DNA of 47,859 bases from a bacterium (GCA_040756235.1 JBFLZG010000030.1:1-47859); one strand, 5' to 3'. Shown: positions 18,312-28,543, counted from the stretch's first letter. The notes: generated by a model from the sequence alone, not told the origin. A program made the numbers and translations.

Positions 18312-18806
18312 ATGGAGAAAACGAAGGTGACCAGGCCCAGGCAGAAAGGCGCAGGCATTGTCGAGTTCGCCCTCATCCTGCCCTTGTTCCTCCTTCTGAT
18401 CATGGGCATTCTCGAATTCGGCAGCTACTTCTTCGTGCAGCACACGCTGCAGTACGCCACCCGCGAAGGGATGCGCCTCGGCCTGGTCGGCGGCAGGCTT
18501 CCGAACGGACATGGCGGGTACCTGACCCGGGAAGAGTCCATCATCCAGGCCGTTCGAGAAGAGGCTTCGCTGGCCGTCAATTCAGCGAACATCTCGGTAT
18601 ACGTCTACCCGGTTCTGACCGACTACCAGGACCCCACAAATTGGCAGGATTTGCCGCCCAATGCAGGAGACCCGGGGGTGTACATGCGGGTCCGGACAAG
18701 GTACACGTTGAGGTTCATCACCCCTTTGATCGCCGCCTTCTTCCCCGGGGGTCAAATCATCGTCGAAGCCCAGGGCACTTACCGGAACGAGCTGTTTGAT
18801 GCGTAG
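18312..18806 (+). CDS. tadE: TadE-family minor pilin
   Basis: QKG|AGIVEFALILPLFLLLIMGILEFG...ATREGMR. Confidence 0.92.
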   Translation: MEKTKVTRPRQKGAGIVEFALILPLFLLLIMGILEFGSYFFVQHTLQYATREGMRLGLVGGRLPNGHGGYLTREESIIQAVREEASLAVNSANISVYVYPVLTDYQDPTNWQDLPPNAGDPGVYMRVRTRYTLRFITPLIAAFFPGGQIIVEAQGTYRNELFDA

Positions 18807-18845
18807 AGGCTCTGCAGGACTGCACCGTTCCGCCAGGAGGTCCCC

Positions 18846-19424
18846 TTGAAGCGAAGCAGGCAAGGGCAAGAGAAAGGCATTGCAAGCCTGGAACTGGCCC
18901 TGATCCTTCCCTGGCTGCTGATCATGGTCTTCTGGATCATCGATTTCGGCAGGCTGATGCAGGCGAGCCTCATCGTCACCAACGTGAGCCGCGAAGGCGG
19001 GAGCATCGTGTCTCGAAGCTTCAACTCGGGGCAAAACCTCCTCGACATGCTGGTGGCATCCGGATCACCCCTGAATCTCAATGGATCCGGCAGGATCTAC
19101 GTCACGAGAATCGCCGCCGGCACTTCCCCGAGCCACCGGAACCCAACCATCGATACACAGTTCTCCCGCGGCAGTCTGGGCGTGACCAGCTCGACCAGCA
19201 CACAACGTTTCGGATTGACAAACGCCATCTACCAGCACCTCAGATACAGAGAGACCGACCCCGACACCGGCGCACAGCAGAATACATCGGACATCGCCGA
19301 GGTCTGGATCGTCGAGGTCTATTACCTTTACAGCCCCATCACTCCTTTGCCCAATTTCATCCAGAACCTTGTCATAACCCCTGGTTATAATGGAAGAGTC
19401 ATCGGCAGCAGGGCCGTTTTCTAG
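18846..19424 (+). CDS. TadE/TadF-family minor pilin
   Basis: EKG|IASLELALILPWLLIMVFWIIDFGR...SREGG; TTG start with AGGAGG RBS. Confidence 0.9.
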   Translation: MKRSRQGQEKGIASLELALILPWLLIMVFWIIDFGRLMQASLIVTNVSREGGSIVSRSFNSGQNLLDMLVASGSPLNLNGSGRIYVTRIAAGTSPSHRNPTIDTQFSRGSLGVTSSTSTQRFGLTNAIYQHLRYRETDPDTGAQQNTSDIAEVWIVEVYYLYSPITPLPNFIQNLVITPGYNGRVIGSRAVF

Positions 19425-19459
19425 AGGCCGGACTCTCCTTCTCTCCAAGGAGAACCGAA

Positions 19460-20755
19460 ATGAAGATGAAGACCCTGGGCAATCAGAGCGGTTCCGTTCT
19501 GATCACCTTTTCCCTTGTGCTGATGGTTTTCCTGGGGTTCATCGCTCTCGGAACCGACGCCGCCACCTGGTACCTGGTGAGGTCTCAGCTCTCCAAGGCT
19601 GTGGACGCCGCATCGCTGATGGGCGCCAAGAACATTTCCAACCCATTTGAAGACCCCGCCACCCTCGCCAGGCAAATCGGATTGGAGAACTTCTCCCGTG
19701 GTTTTCTCGGCACTCCGGGCCAGGGAGAGACCGGCCAGGTTACCTTCACGGCCACGATGGAGGGGACGAGCAAGGTCCGGGTGCGCGGCCGGGTCAACAC
19801 CCCTATCTACCTGGCCAGCTTGTTTGACGTCGACTCGTTCAGAATGGACGGGTACGGGACCGCCGAGAAGAAGGACGTCGAGATCATGATGGTCCTGGAC
19901 AGGTCGGGGTCCATGTCGGGCACCCCCATGGCTGACCTGAAGGAGGCAGCCCTGAGCTTCTTGAGCTTTTTCGAGGACACGGAAGACAAGGACAAGATGG
20001 GGCTGATCAGTTTCTCCACGGGTGTGACCGTGGACCATGCCCTGAGCACGTATTTTGTGGACGACATACAGGGAGAGATTGCCGGCATGAACGCTGTCGG
20101 GGCCACCAACGCGGAGGATGCCATCGACCAGTCCGGCGGCCCCAGCGGTTTCACGGACCAGAGCGGGATCCCCGGCGACCAGCACGTTCAGCAGTTTCTG
20201 ATCTTCTTCTCGGACGGAAACCCCACCGCCTTTCGTGGACAGTTTAGACGTAACGCAACCAACTATAACGCCGTGGTCATGGGCACGGGCCAGCACTGCG
20301 ACACCGTGTGGGACGACCTGGCAAATCCGACCACCGGCAACAACATTGGCGTAGACGCGATCCCGACGGGAGATGGTAACAGGACTTCCGGAAGCCCCCT
20401 GACGGTCTGCGGACACTATTTCCTCTGGTGGTTCATCCGGGATGCAAATACCAGGTGGTTCGCGTTCGAAGACTATCCCGTGCCCGGCTATGACCCTCTT
20501 CATTGCAACATTCCGGGATCGGTACTGGCGCCCTACATCTGCGACACGGCCAGGGCCATGGCCATAGACCATGCCGACGACCTGAAGGCCACCGGCGTCA
20601 AGGTTTACACGATCGGGCTCGGGGATATCGACCAGGATTTTCTCTCTCAAATAGCCAGCGGTCCCTCCTACGAGTATTACACGCCAAATTCCAGCGATCT
20701 GCAGGCCCTGTTCAATGCAGTGGCCAAAGAAATCAAGCTGCGCCTCGTGCAGTGA
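19460..20755 (+). CDS. tadG: TadG-family minor pilin with vWA domain
   Basis: QSG|SVLITF prepilin-like N-terminus, LSKAVDAASL, MIDAS motif VLDRSGSM, FFSDGNPT, VYTIGLG. Confidence 0.9.
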   Translation: MKMKTLGNQSGSVLITFSLVLMVFLGFIALGTDAATWYLVRSQLSKAVDAASLMGAKNISNPFEDPATLARQIGLENFSRGFLGTPGQGETGQVTFTATMEGTSKVRVRGRVNTPIYLASLFDVDSFRMDGYGTAEKKDVEIMMVLDRSGSMSGTPMADLKEAALSFLSFFEDTEDKDKMGLISFSTGVTVDHALSTYFVDDIQGEIAGMNAVGATNAEDAIDQSGGPSGFTDQSGIPGDQHVQQFLIFFSDGNPTAFRGQFRRNATNYNAVVMGTGQHCDTVWDDLANPTTGNNIGVDAIPTGDGNRTSGSPLTVCGHYFLWWFIRDANTRWFAFEDYPVPGYDPLHCNIPGSVLAPYICDTARAMAIDHADDLKATGVKVYTIGLGDIDQDFLSQIASGPSYEYYTPNSSDLQALFNAVAKEIKLRLVQ

Positions 20756-20799
20756 AACAACGGACTTCCGACCTACACGTACCACCCTGCCGAACAACC

Positions 20800-21702
20800 G
20801 TGTCTCAGCAGTGTTCTACCATCGATGTGCTGATTGACGAACTGCTCTCCAGATGCATGCCTGAAGGAGGATTCCTCCACCTCAAGGACGGCCTCTATGG
20901 CGCGGAATCAACAGCCTGGGCCGCCATAGCCCTGGAGGCCTACGGTTACGCCGGCGGGCTTCTCGACTCTGCCCGGCAGCGGCTCAAGTCCCATCAACTG
21001 CCTGACGGCCGTGTTTCGATTTCGCCGGACCACCCGGACGCATACTGGCTCACCGCTCCGGCTGTCCTGGCCTGGACCCGCTCACCCGGTGATTTCGAGC
21101 CAAAGACCAAGGCGGTACATTTCCTCTTGGGCACTTCCGGGCGCCATTGGCCCAGAGATCCGCAGGCGCCGGTCGCTCACGATACGGAGCTCCGAGGGTG
21201 GCCATGGACCGCAGGCACGCACTCATGGACCGAGCCCACCGCGCTCGCGCTCATCGCACTCAAAGTGCAAGGGCTCCAGATCCGCAACCACGACCGGGTG
21301 AGGGAGGCCGAGCGGATGCTCCTGGATCGGCAGCTCCCTTGCGGCGGCTGGAATTATGGCAATACCTTTGTTTTCGGTCAGGAGCTGCGCGCCATGCCGG
21401 ACTGCACCGGGTTATCCCTTGACGCCCTCTCAGGCGCAGCTCAAGAATCGCGGGTGAGCCACAGCATCCACTATCTGAAGAACGGGCTTCAAACTCTGCG
21501 CACCCCAAGATCTCTGGCCTGGTCCCTCATGGGTCTGAGTGCCTGGGAAGAACGCCCCGACGATGCGGAAGAGCGCATCGCCTCGTGCCTTGCTCATCGC
21601 AATCGCTTCGGCGCTTCGGACACAGCCTCCCTCGCCCTGTTGTCCCTGGCACTCCTCGCCCCCCGCGGACTCAAGAGCCTTTTTCAAGAAGCTGTCCCAT
21701 AA
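20800..21702 (+). CDS. Prenyltransferase/squalene-oxidase repeat (alpha/alpha toroid) protein
   Basis: QW-like repeats LKSHQLPDGRV and LLDRQLPCGGWNYGN; GWPW..GTHSWTEPTALALIAL. Start uncertain (GTG 20800 chosen). Confidence 0.75.
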   Translation: MSQQCSTIDVLIDELLSRCMPEGGFLHLKDGLYGAESTAWAAIALEAYGYAGGLLDSARQRLKSHQLPDGRVSISPDHPDAYWLTAPAVLAWTRSPGDFEPKTKAVHFLLGTSGRHWPRDPQAPVAHDTELRGWPWTAGTHSWTEPTALALIALKVQGLQIRNHDRVREAERMLLDRQLPCGGWNYGNTFVFGQELRAMPDCTGLSLDALSGAAQESRVSHSIHYLKNGLQTLRTPRSLAWSLMGLSAWEERPDDAEERIASCLAHRNRFGASDTASLALLSLALLAPRGLKSLFQEAVP

Positions 21703-21720
21703 GCGCATCGAGAAAGAGAC

Positions 21721-22722
21721 ATGACCCTCACTCGGCGGCAGTTTTTCGGATGGTCCCTGGGCAGCGCTGCGCTGGCCGCTTCGGCTTATCTTCTGCAACG
21801 GGAATTCACCCGCGATCCATGGAACGAGCGGGTCTTCATTGCGAGAGTCCCCGGTTACCGATCCGATCTGACTCCCACCATGCTCGCGGGTCTTAAGGAA
21901 TCAGGGGTCGGCTCCCCGGAGATCGCCGGCAAGAGGGTTCTGCTCAAGCCCAACCTGGTCGAGACCAGCCCGGGAGCCGTTCACATCAACACACATCCTT
22001 CGGTGGTCCGGGCGGCAGCGCAGGCCTTCCTCGAGCTCGGGGCCCGGGAGGTCATCGTCGGCGAAGGCCCCGGGCATAATCGCGATACGCTTCTCCTGCT
22101 CGAAGAATCCGGCCTGGCCGACGTCCTCCTCGAAGACCGGATCCCCTTCGTCGACCTCAACATCGACCCCGGCTACACGACCCCCAATCTCGGCCGCAAC
22201 TCCCACTTGAAAAGCCTCACATTCCCGACGACGCTACAGAAAGTGGACTGGATCGTTTCTCTTGCAAAGATGAAGACCCATCACTGGGTCGGGGTCACCC
22301 TCTCCATGAAGAACCTCTTCGGCCTGATGCCCGGTTCTTATCACGGCTGGCCCAAGAACCTGCTCCACGAAGCCGGCATCACCGAATGCATCCTGGACAT
22401 CACAGCTACCTCCAAACCCGCCTTCGCCATCGTCGACGGCATCATCGGCATGGAGGGCGACGGTCCGATCATGGGCACCCCCAAGCACGCTGGAGTCCTG
22501 GTCATGGGCCGCAACCTGGCGGCAGTGGATGCTACCTGCGCGAGAATCATGGGAGTCAATCCATACCGCTTGAAGTATCTGGCCAAGGCCGACGGCCGCC
22601 TGGGACCGATTCGCGATGCCGATATCATCCAGACGGGCGAAACCGTCCAATCCGTGCGGACCACGTTTCAACTTCTCGCGAAGATACCGGCCCACGCTCA
22701 TCTTCGAGTAAACGAGTCATGA
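21721..22722 (+). CDS. DUF362-like protein with twin-arginine signal/anchor
   Basis: MTLTRRQFF; VLLKPNLV..NTHP, KMKTHHWVGVTLSMKNLFG, IVDGIIGMEGDGP, AVDAT. Confidence 0.85.
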   Translation: MTLTRRQFFGWSLGSAALAASAYLLQREFTRDPWNERVFIARVPGYRSDLTPTMLAGLKESGVGSPEIAGKRVLLKPNLVETSPGAVHINTHPSVVRAAAQAFLELGAREVIVGEGPGHNRDTLLLLEESGLADVLLEDRIPFVDLNIDPGYTTPNLGRNSHLKSLTFPTTLQKVDWIVSLAKMKTHHWVGVTLSMKNLFGLMPGSYHGWPKNLLHEAGITECILDITATSKPAFAIVDGIIGMEGDGPIMGTPKHAGVLVMGRNLAAVDATCARIMGVNPYRLKYLAKADGRLGPIRDADIIQTGETVQSVRTTFQLLAKIPAHAHLRVNES

Positions 22723-22910
22723 CTCTTCACAGGCTCCCCATGCACCTGAAAGACTGGTTGTTAGCCCTGGCCTTGACCGTTACACGCGTGGCTCTAGGCT
22801 CACCCCTGACGGTTCCGGGTGTCTGTGGCGTCTATCCCGACGACGCGATATATGTAATCATCGCAAAATCTCTCGCGCAAGGTTTTGAAAATGGGGGTGA
22901 GTTCTTCTGA
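22719..22910 (+). pseudogene. Truncated N-terminal fragment of a GT-C (PMT/GT39-like) membrane glycosyltransferase
   Basis: ATGA coupling to the DUF362 gene; one TM then GVYPDDAIYVIIAKSLAQG (DD first-loop motif); stops after 63 aa. Confidence 0.65.
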
Positions 22911-22930
22911 AAGCCGACAAAGCTGCCCCT

Positions 22931-24562
22931 TCATCCGTGGGGAGAGTCATGGCAAGGCTTGATGGGATGTAGACCACAGGGGGCCAGTTCTTGAGGCTGG
23001 ATGACATGGACTGTGCCCAGCGAGCTTAATTTGGCCAGCTCCTCCGGGGTCAAATACTGAGCAGATAATACCTTCGGATGATTTCTCAGAAAGGGGTCAT
23101 TGCGCACCAACAATTGCGAAAGCCATGCCTGGGATGGATCAATCACGACGTAAGGATATGGGAGAGATCGAATATACTGAGCTGATCTGGCGAAAGGCCG
23201 AATGAAGCTTTCCACCTGCAGGCAACGAAGAGGGAACTGGACCAGCACCGCCAGAGCGGTGGCCAGGACGAAAAACCCCCAGGCTTTCCTGAGCCCTATA
23301 CTTTCCCGCAGATAAAACCAGCCGGCCACGGCCACAAGGACCAAGTTTCCCAAGACTCCATAAAAAAAACGGTATCCCCAGCCCAGGATCTGGTCCCAGC
23401 GGAAGAAGAAAAAGAAGGCGAAGGTAAAGAGACAACCCCAGGCGAGCGCCTTCAACAATGGCGTAAGTCTTCTCCAAGAAAGCAAAGCCAGGAAAGCCGG
23501 AACCGTAAGGGCCAGGGACTGCCAGGAAAAAAGCATAGAGAGGTTCATAGGTTGAATTAATAGCTGATAGCCCCCCGGCAACTGGAAGGCGTTCATGTCC
23601 GAGCCCTGAAGGAAGACTAACCGGGTCCACCAGAGGAACCACACGATGCAGCCGGCGGCATAAACCACACCAAAGTACAGGGTCAGCAGCCAATTCCTTT
23701 GCCAGACCAGTGCCAGGAGAAAGGGCGCGACAAAAAGGGCATGGACAAAGGGATTGTGGAGTCCCAGCGCTAAGAGACCGATCCATGGTGCCACCAGGTA
23801 TCCCAAAAGGTCGCGGCGGCAATAGCAATACAACCAGGCCAGGTTGAAGCAGAGGTGAGCCGGGTAAGCGTAAGAGGTCATGGAGGTGACCAGAAACTGG
23901 GTGGAAGAAGCCAGGAGAACCACCGCAATAACTGGCGCCAAGTACTCCTCAGGCCAGAGCCGACGGGCTACCGCGGCAATCAGCACGAGGCTTAATCCTG
24001 CCAGGACCGGGCTAGTCAGGGACGCAAAGCCAAGGGTGAAAAAGACCGTCTGCAGGGCTGCGTGAATCGGCAGATAGGTACTGATCCAGGATCCTTCCTC
24101 GGGGTTAAAAGCTGCGAAAATCGGGGTCAAGGCCTTCCCGAATTCCCTCAGCGCCGGCGGCAGATGGGCCGTGATCTCGCCGGCGGCAAAGATTTCTGCT
24201 TGAAAACGGGGCAGGAACTCATCGTTGCTCAGGGGAAAGCCGTGCAGTACCAGGAAGTCCCCCAGCCAGGCACAGAGCACCACAGCTAGGCAGATGGCCG
24301 ACATCCACGGGAACTTGGCCAGCGGGTCCAGGCTCTGGGGAGCGCGCCACGCCGGTAAATAGTTATCCGTTAACAGGTAACGGCGCGCCAGGAACAACGT
24401 CAGGAAGAGCAGGAGAAAAAAACCTGGTTCATTTCTGACAAAGAGGACGTGGAAGGAGTTCCCGTAGAGGTCAAGGCTCGTTAAGCCATGGAGACGCACA
24501 AGGAAACTCAGAACTAGCCCCAGGAGAAAAATGGCCATCCCCACGGAGACGGCATTATTCAT
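22931..24562 (-). CDS. Polytopic membrane protein, GT-C-like
   Basis: Many TMs; FPLSNDEFLPRFQA acidic loop motif, YAYPAHL, GWGYRF. Start ATG 24562 with GGAGG RBS. Confidence 0.7.
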   Translation of the reverse strand: MNNAVSVGMAIFLLGLVLSFLVRLHGLTSLDLYGNSFHVLFVRNEPGFFLLLFLTLFLARRYLLTDNYLPAWRAPQSLDPLAKFPWMSAICLAVVLCAWLGDFLVLHGFPLSNDEFLPRFQAEIFAAGEITAHLPPALREFGKALTPIFAAFNPEEGSWISTYLPIHAALQTVFFTLGFASLTSPVLAGLSLVLIAAVARRLWPEEYLAPVIAVVLLASSTQFLVTSMTSYAYPAHLCFNLAWLYCYCRRDLLGYLVAPWIGLLALGLHNPFVHALFVAPFLLALVWQRNWLLTLYFGVVYAAGCIVWFLWWTRLVFLQGSDMNAFQLPGGYQLLIQPMNLSMLFSWQSLALTVPAFLALLSWRRLTPLLKALAWGCLFTFAFFFFFRWDQILGWGYRFFYGVLGNLVLVAVAGWFYLRESIGLRKAWGFFVLATALAVLVQFPLRCLQVESFIRPFARSAQYIRSLPYPYVVIDPSQAWLSQLLVRNDPFLRNHPKVLSAQYLTPEELAKLSSLGTVHVIQPQELAPCGLHPIKPCHDSPHG

Positions 24563-24600
24563 GCTGGGGCCTCCAGGGGTATGGGTGGTTGAGTTTGGCG

Positions 24601-25323
24601 TCAAGGTTCTGAATTTTCCATTCTTCTGGGCCTGGCCAGGGCAAACAGAACATCCCCCCGCCCGGGCCAGTTCAACCGGTACACGTGATAGAGAACGCGG
24701 GCCACGAAGCGCTGCCACCTTCCCATAGCACCCATGGGCGCCCCTCCTGGCAACCATTCTGCCAGGGTGCGGTACAAGGGGGAATAAAAGGGGAATCCCC
24801 AACCCCAGACCTTTATGACTTCGAGCCCCACCGCTTCCAATTTCCGTCTGAGTTCCAGGGTGGAATAGTTCCGCACATGCCCGATGCCGATCTCAGATGG
24901 ACTCATCTTGCCTTGCATAGTTGAGATCAGCACAAAATCTTTCGCCATCCGGCCGATGTTCCTCAACGCCGACACATCATCGAGGATATGCTCCACCACC
25001 TGGAGGCTCATCACCAGGTCGAACTGTGCCGGCAAAGCCGCTTTCTCAATGTCGAGGAGGAAAAGATTGGCCTGGGGAACCAGCTCTTTGGCCAGGTTCA
25101 CGGCCTCTGCTGCAATGTCCACCCCGGTCAATTCATAGTTCCCCGCTGCTGCAAGGGCTGCAAGGTTAGTGCCCGAACCGCAACCCACTTCGAGCACCCG
25201 CCGCACTTGAAGGGAAGAAACTATTTCTGCCAGATCTTCCTGCAAGTGTCGGTGCACCGGACCAAGGGACTGCAAGTCTCCCCAGAGATCGTGCCACAGT
25301 TGGTCGTACAACGTTTGACCCAT
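24601..25323 (-). CDS. Class I SAM-dependent methyltransferase
   Basis: VLEVGCGSG, GVDI, FDLVMSLQVVEHI, GHVRNY. Start set at ATG 25323. Confidence 0.9.
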   Translation of the reverse strand: MGQTLYDQLWHDLWGDLQSLGPVHRHLQEDLAEIVSSLQVRRVLEVGCGSGTNLAALAAAGNYELTGVDIAAEAVNLAKELVPQANLFLLDIEKAALPAQFDLVMSLQVVEHILDDVSALRNIGRMAKDFVLISTMQGKMSPSEIGIGHVRNYSTLELRRKLEAVGLEVIKVWGWGFPFYSPLYRTLAEWLPGGAPMGAMGRWQRFVARVLYHVYRLNWPGRGDVLFALARPRRMENSEP

Positions 25324-25405
25324 ATCAGGTCTCTCAGTCTCTCCTCTTCGGGCAATATCACAAAACACAGAATATGAAAACCTTCAAAGTTCTTTCTCAG
25401 TCAAG

Positions 25406-26350
25406 TCACTTCCAATAGAACTTATGGAGGCTAAGATGATAATTAGCCGAACTCGGCAGGAGATGTGAATTTGTCCCCCAAAAAAAACCCATAGACCTCG
25501 CTACCTCGTAACAGAAGAAGTATGGAATCCAGCGGGTATTTCCATCGTGAACCAATTGTTTAATGCCAGCCAAGACATGATCCACTTCGTAATGAACCAT
25601 TTCTGAAAATGAATCAGTAACTACCCCTCTCAGGGAATATCCACTATCGAAATTCCGTTGGAAGGTTACCCTGAGTCCATAATTATGGGAATGGAATACT
25701 GTTGCAGCAGGTTCATAAGCAATGGCATAGCCATTTTGCAGTACTTCTTTGGCCCACTTCTGATCTTCACTCATAATTAATCCCTCATCGAACGGTACAG
25801 ATTTCCAGATTTCCCGTTTAATGGCGGAGCAAACGTTAGAGAAGAAGATCGAACGCAAGGTGCCCTTCCTCGAGGAATTAACGTCCCGCAACTGGGGCCG
25901 GGCAGGGTAAGTGGTTTGCAGAAACAATTTTTCAATGGGGTTTGTGGAGGCCCGGGGAAGTTGTCGGCCATATGCTGCTACCACCCTGGGGTTCGACAGG
26001 GGAGCAGCCAGTCGGGCTAGAAAGTCTGCAGTAGCCGGAGTGGCATCCTGGACCAGGTATACCAAGATATCCCCTGTCGCCAGGCGGGCGCCCAAATTCC
26101 GCGTGCGCCCGTGCCCAAAGTCGCCTCGTGGGACTTGGTGCACCTGTATTTGGGGGTATTGTGACGCATAATGCAGGGTGAGATCCTGGGATCCGGAATC
26201 GATGAGAATGATCTCAGCCTCGTCAATACCGGTACAAGCGAACAGACCTGAGAGTACTTCCTTGAAAAGACGACCGGCATTTCTCGTAAGAATGATAATA
26301 GAAACGCCGTATGATGAGGTGAGTACATCTTGCGTAAACATTTTCCTCAT
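25406..26350 (-). CDS. GT2 glycosyltransferase, rhamnosyltransferase-like
   Basis: SIIILTRNA, IDSGSQD, FGHGRTRN, LVQDA, AYGRQLP, FFSNVCSA, SEDQ, HSHNY. Confidence 0.88.
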   Translation of the reverse strand: MRKMFTQDVLTSSYGVSIIILTRNAGRLFKEVLSGLFACTGIDEAEIILIDSGSQDLTLHYASQYPQIQVHQVPRGDFGHGRTRNLGARLATGDILVYLVQDATPATADFLARLAAPLSNPRVVAAYGRQLPRASTNPIEKLFLQTTYPARPQLRDVNSSRKGTLRSIFFSNVCSAIKREIWKSVPFDEGLIMSEDQKWAKEVLQNGYAIAYEPAATVFHSHNYGLRVTFQRNFDSGYSLRGVVTDSFSEMVHYEVDHVLAGIKQLVHDGNTRWIPYFFCYEVARSMGFFWGTNSHLLPSSANYHLSLHKFYWK

Positions 26351-27339
26351 TGATCGCCATCAACTTTGAAAGGTAACTTCGTTTTCCGGAAGGCCATCAT
26401 AACCGTGCCTCCCCTGCCTGCAAACGCTTCAAGGATCGCCAGGGGCTGCAAGCACCAAGAGCCGATCAACAACCAAACCAGCTTGAGTCCACCGCAGCCG
26501 GGGCGGTGTGGATCAATGCTCGGAAGCAGGCTGACTAGGATGTGAAATGCATTGTCCCTTAGGGAAAATTGTTTGGTGCCCGTCTCTTCCAGGTTAAGGT
26601 GGGAAGCAAGTTTTCTTAATCCTTTCAGAGAAGGGACGGTGACGTGACGAGGGGGATCCAAGCCAACCCAGCGCCTTCCGAACAGCCGAGATTGGAAGGA
26701 GTCGATCCGGGGCACCTGAAGAACAAGGACGCCTTGAGGCGCAAGTCTTGGGAGCAGGGCAGCCACCACCTCCGCCGGGGACACCAAGTGCTCCAGGACG
26801 TGGAAACCCACAATTACATCCCAAGCTCTTGTGGGGGCAGGCCATTGTGACACTTCTTCAAGTACTACTGACTCTGCTGCCAGGCCATGGGAGTGGAGAA
26901 GTGCTACTGCTTGAGGAGAGCGCTCCCAGCCCATTACCTCAGCCCCTTGAGCCTTAGCCCATCGTAAGAAGTCACCGCGCCCGGGTCCGATTTCCAGAAG
27001 GCGTTTGCCTTTGATTTGACCCAATTCCTGACGGAGAAACCGGCCATGGTCCCAAGCGAGGATGAGACGCTGATACCATATGGCCAGTTGCTGCAAGAGA
27101 GAACTATTCCCGTCCTCCACCCAATAGCTCTTTGAATAAGCCTGTCCCAGCTCTTGAGGAGTTAGGGCACAGACCTGACCCAAGGAACCGCAAGATTCAC
27201 AGCGACCATAAGCTACTCGGTCATGACAGAATCCTGAATTTGCATCCCCCCAATAATGTAGTCTTCTCCCGCACCACAGGCAAATACCCTCAGGCTTCTC
27301 AGAAGGACTCACCGGTACTCGACAAGCTTTATCTTCCAT
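26347..27339 (-). CDS. Class I SAM-dependent methyltransferase with N-terminal Cys pairs
   Basis: CLWC..CESC, LLEIGPGRG, FHVLEHL, DPPRH. Confidence 0.88.
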   Translation of the reverse strand: MEDKACRVPVSPSEKPEGICLWCGRRLHYWGDANSGFCHDRVAYGRCESCGSLGQVCALTPQELGQAYSKSYWVEDGNSSLLQQLAIWYQRLILAWDHGRFLRQELGQIKGKRLLEIGPGRGDFLRWAKAQGAEVMGWERSPQAVALLHSHGLAAESVVLEEVSQWPAPTRAWDVIVGFHVLEHLVSPAEVVAALLPRLAPQGVLVLQVPRIDSFQSRLFGRRWVGLDPPRHVTVPSLKGLRKLASHLNLEETGTKQFSLRDNAFHILVSLLPSIDPHRPGCGGLKLVWLLIGSWCLQPLAILEAFAGRGGTVMMAFRKTKLPFKVDGDQ

Positions 27340-27346
27340 GAATACA

Positions 27347-28543
27347 CTATTTCCACCCGTCGGAGAACGAGGGTGAGATTTCTCCTGATTTTCTGGGTAT
27401 GTCGAGGATACTCAAGAAAAAGCTGGAAAAGATTACCTGTACCCCCATCATGATCAAGGTGACGGCGGGGATAACCTGCCGCAGGCTCTCCGGATAAGAA
27501 ATGGCGCCGAACTGAGCCGCCTTCCAGTACAGGACTGCTTGTATCAGCTTTATCAGCCCTACCAGGAAGATGGCTAAGCCCAGAATGATGCCCCTCTCCA
27601 GGTTAAAGTATTTGAGAAGCTTGCTCAACGGTCCGGGATTATTGGGCAGCAGTCCCTCAGAGGTTGCAAAGAGCCGGGCAAACATCCCGAAGAAGGAGAC
27701 CTGGAGACCCACCACCTGGAGCATGGAGCAGACCAACAGAGTATTCGTGTCAAAGCCGAAAGGCCCCACCTTCCATGGCCCCAATTGCAGGCGGGCTCCA
27801 AAAGAGAAGCCAATCAAAAGAAACAACACCCCCGGCACCATGAACAGCCAGTCAGGGCTGTAGAGCAACATGAAGCGCAGATGTCTCCAGCCGTCTCGCC
27901 AACTCCTTAGATGGGGAGCCCGGTCACGGCCGTCTCTATATAGAGTAATGGGAATTTCGGCGACGCGCATCCCCAGCATCGTGGCCTTGATAACCATCTC
28001 TGAGGCGAACTCCATGCCTGTAGTCCTGAGCCCCATCCGCTGGTAACCCGCACGGGTGAAGGCGCGCATCCCACAGTGGAAATCGGTGACACAGCTTTCA
28101 AAGAAGAGACGGCCGACCCAGGAGAGAGCCGGGTTCCCGATCCAGCGGTGCTTCCAGGGCATCGCCCCCGGCATGATCTGCCCGCCTCCTCTGGGAAGAC
28201 GGCAACCCATGACTAGGTCGGCCCCATCCTTAAGCTTCTCTATGAAGGGTACGATATTACCGAAGTCATAGCTATCATCGGCATCACCCATAATGATCCA
28301 CTTGCCCTCAGCGGCCTCAATCCCGCCCCGAAGAGCATTGCCATAGCCCTTTTCCTCGATCTGCAGCACCCGGGCGCCCAACTCTGTGGCAATTTCTATG
28401 GAGCCATCGGTGCTGCCGTTGTCTGCCACCACAATTTCCCCATCAACCCCGAGCCTGGCAATACTCTCCTTGGCCTTCTGAATACAGATGCCGATGGTTT
28501 TGGCTTCATTTAAACAAGGCATAACAATGCTGAGATCCCGCAT
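27347..28543 (-). CDS. GT2 glycosyltransferase (polyprenol-phosphate sugar synthase-like) with C-terminal TM helices
   Basis: SIVMPCLNE, ADNGSTDGS, MGDADDSYD, DFHCGMR, GMEFASEM, WRDGWRHLRF; four C-terminal TMs. Alternative start 28600. Confidence 0.92.
   Translation of the reverse strand: MRDLSIVMPCLNEAKTIGICIQKAKESIARLGVDGEIVVADNGSTDGSIEIATELGARVLQIEEKGYGNALRGGIEAAEGKWIIMGDADDSYDFGNIVPFIEKLKDGADLVMGCRLPRGGGQIMPGAMPWKHRWIGNPALSWVGRLFFESCVTDFHCGMRAFTRAGYQRMGLRTTGMEFASEMVIKATMLGMRVAEIPITLYRDGRDRAPHLRSWRDGWRHLRFMLLYSPDWLFMVPGVLFLLIGFSFGARLQLGPWKVGPFGFDTNTLLVCSMLQVVGLQVSFFGMFARLFATSEGLLPNNPGPLSKLLKYFNLERGIILGLAIFLVGLIKLIQAVLYWKAAQFGAISYPESLRQVIPAVTLIMMGVQVIFSSFFLSILDIPRKSGEISPSFSDGWK

Noticed and set aside
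20800..21702. Calling the toroid protein a squalene-hopene cyclase
   Set aside because: Only about 300 aa (single domain) and no DxDD catalytic motif.
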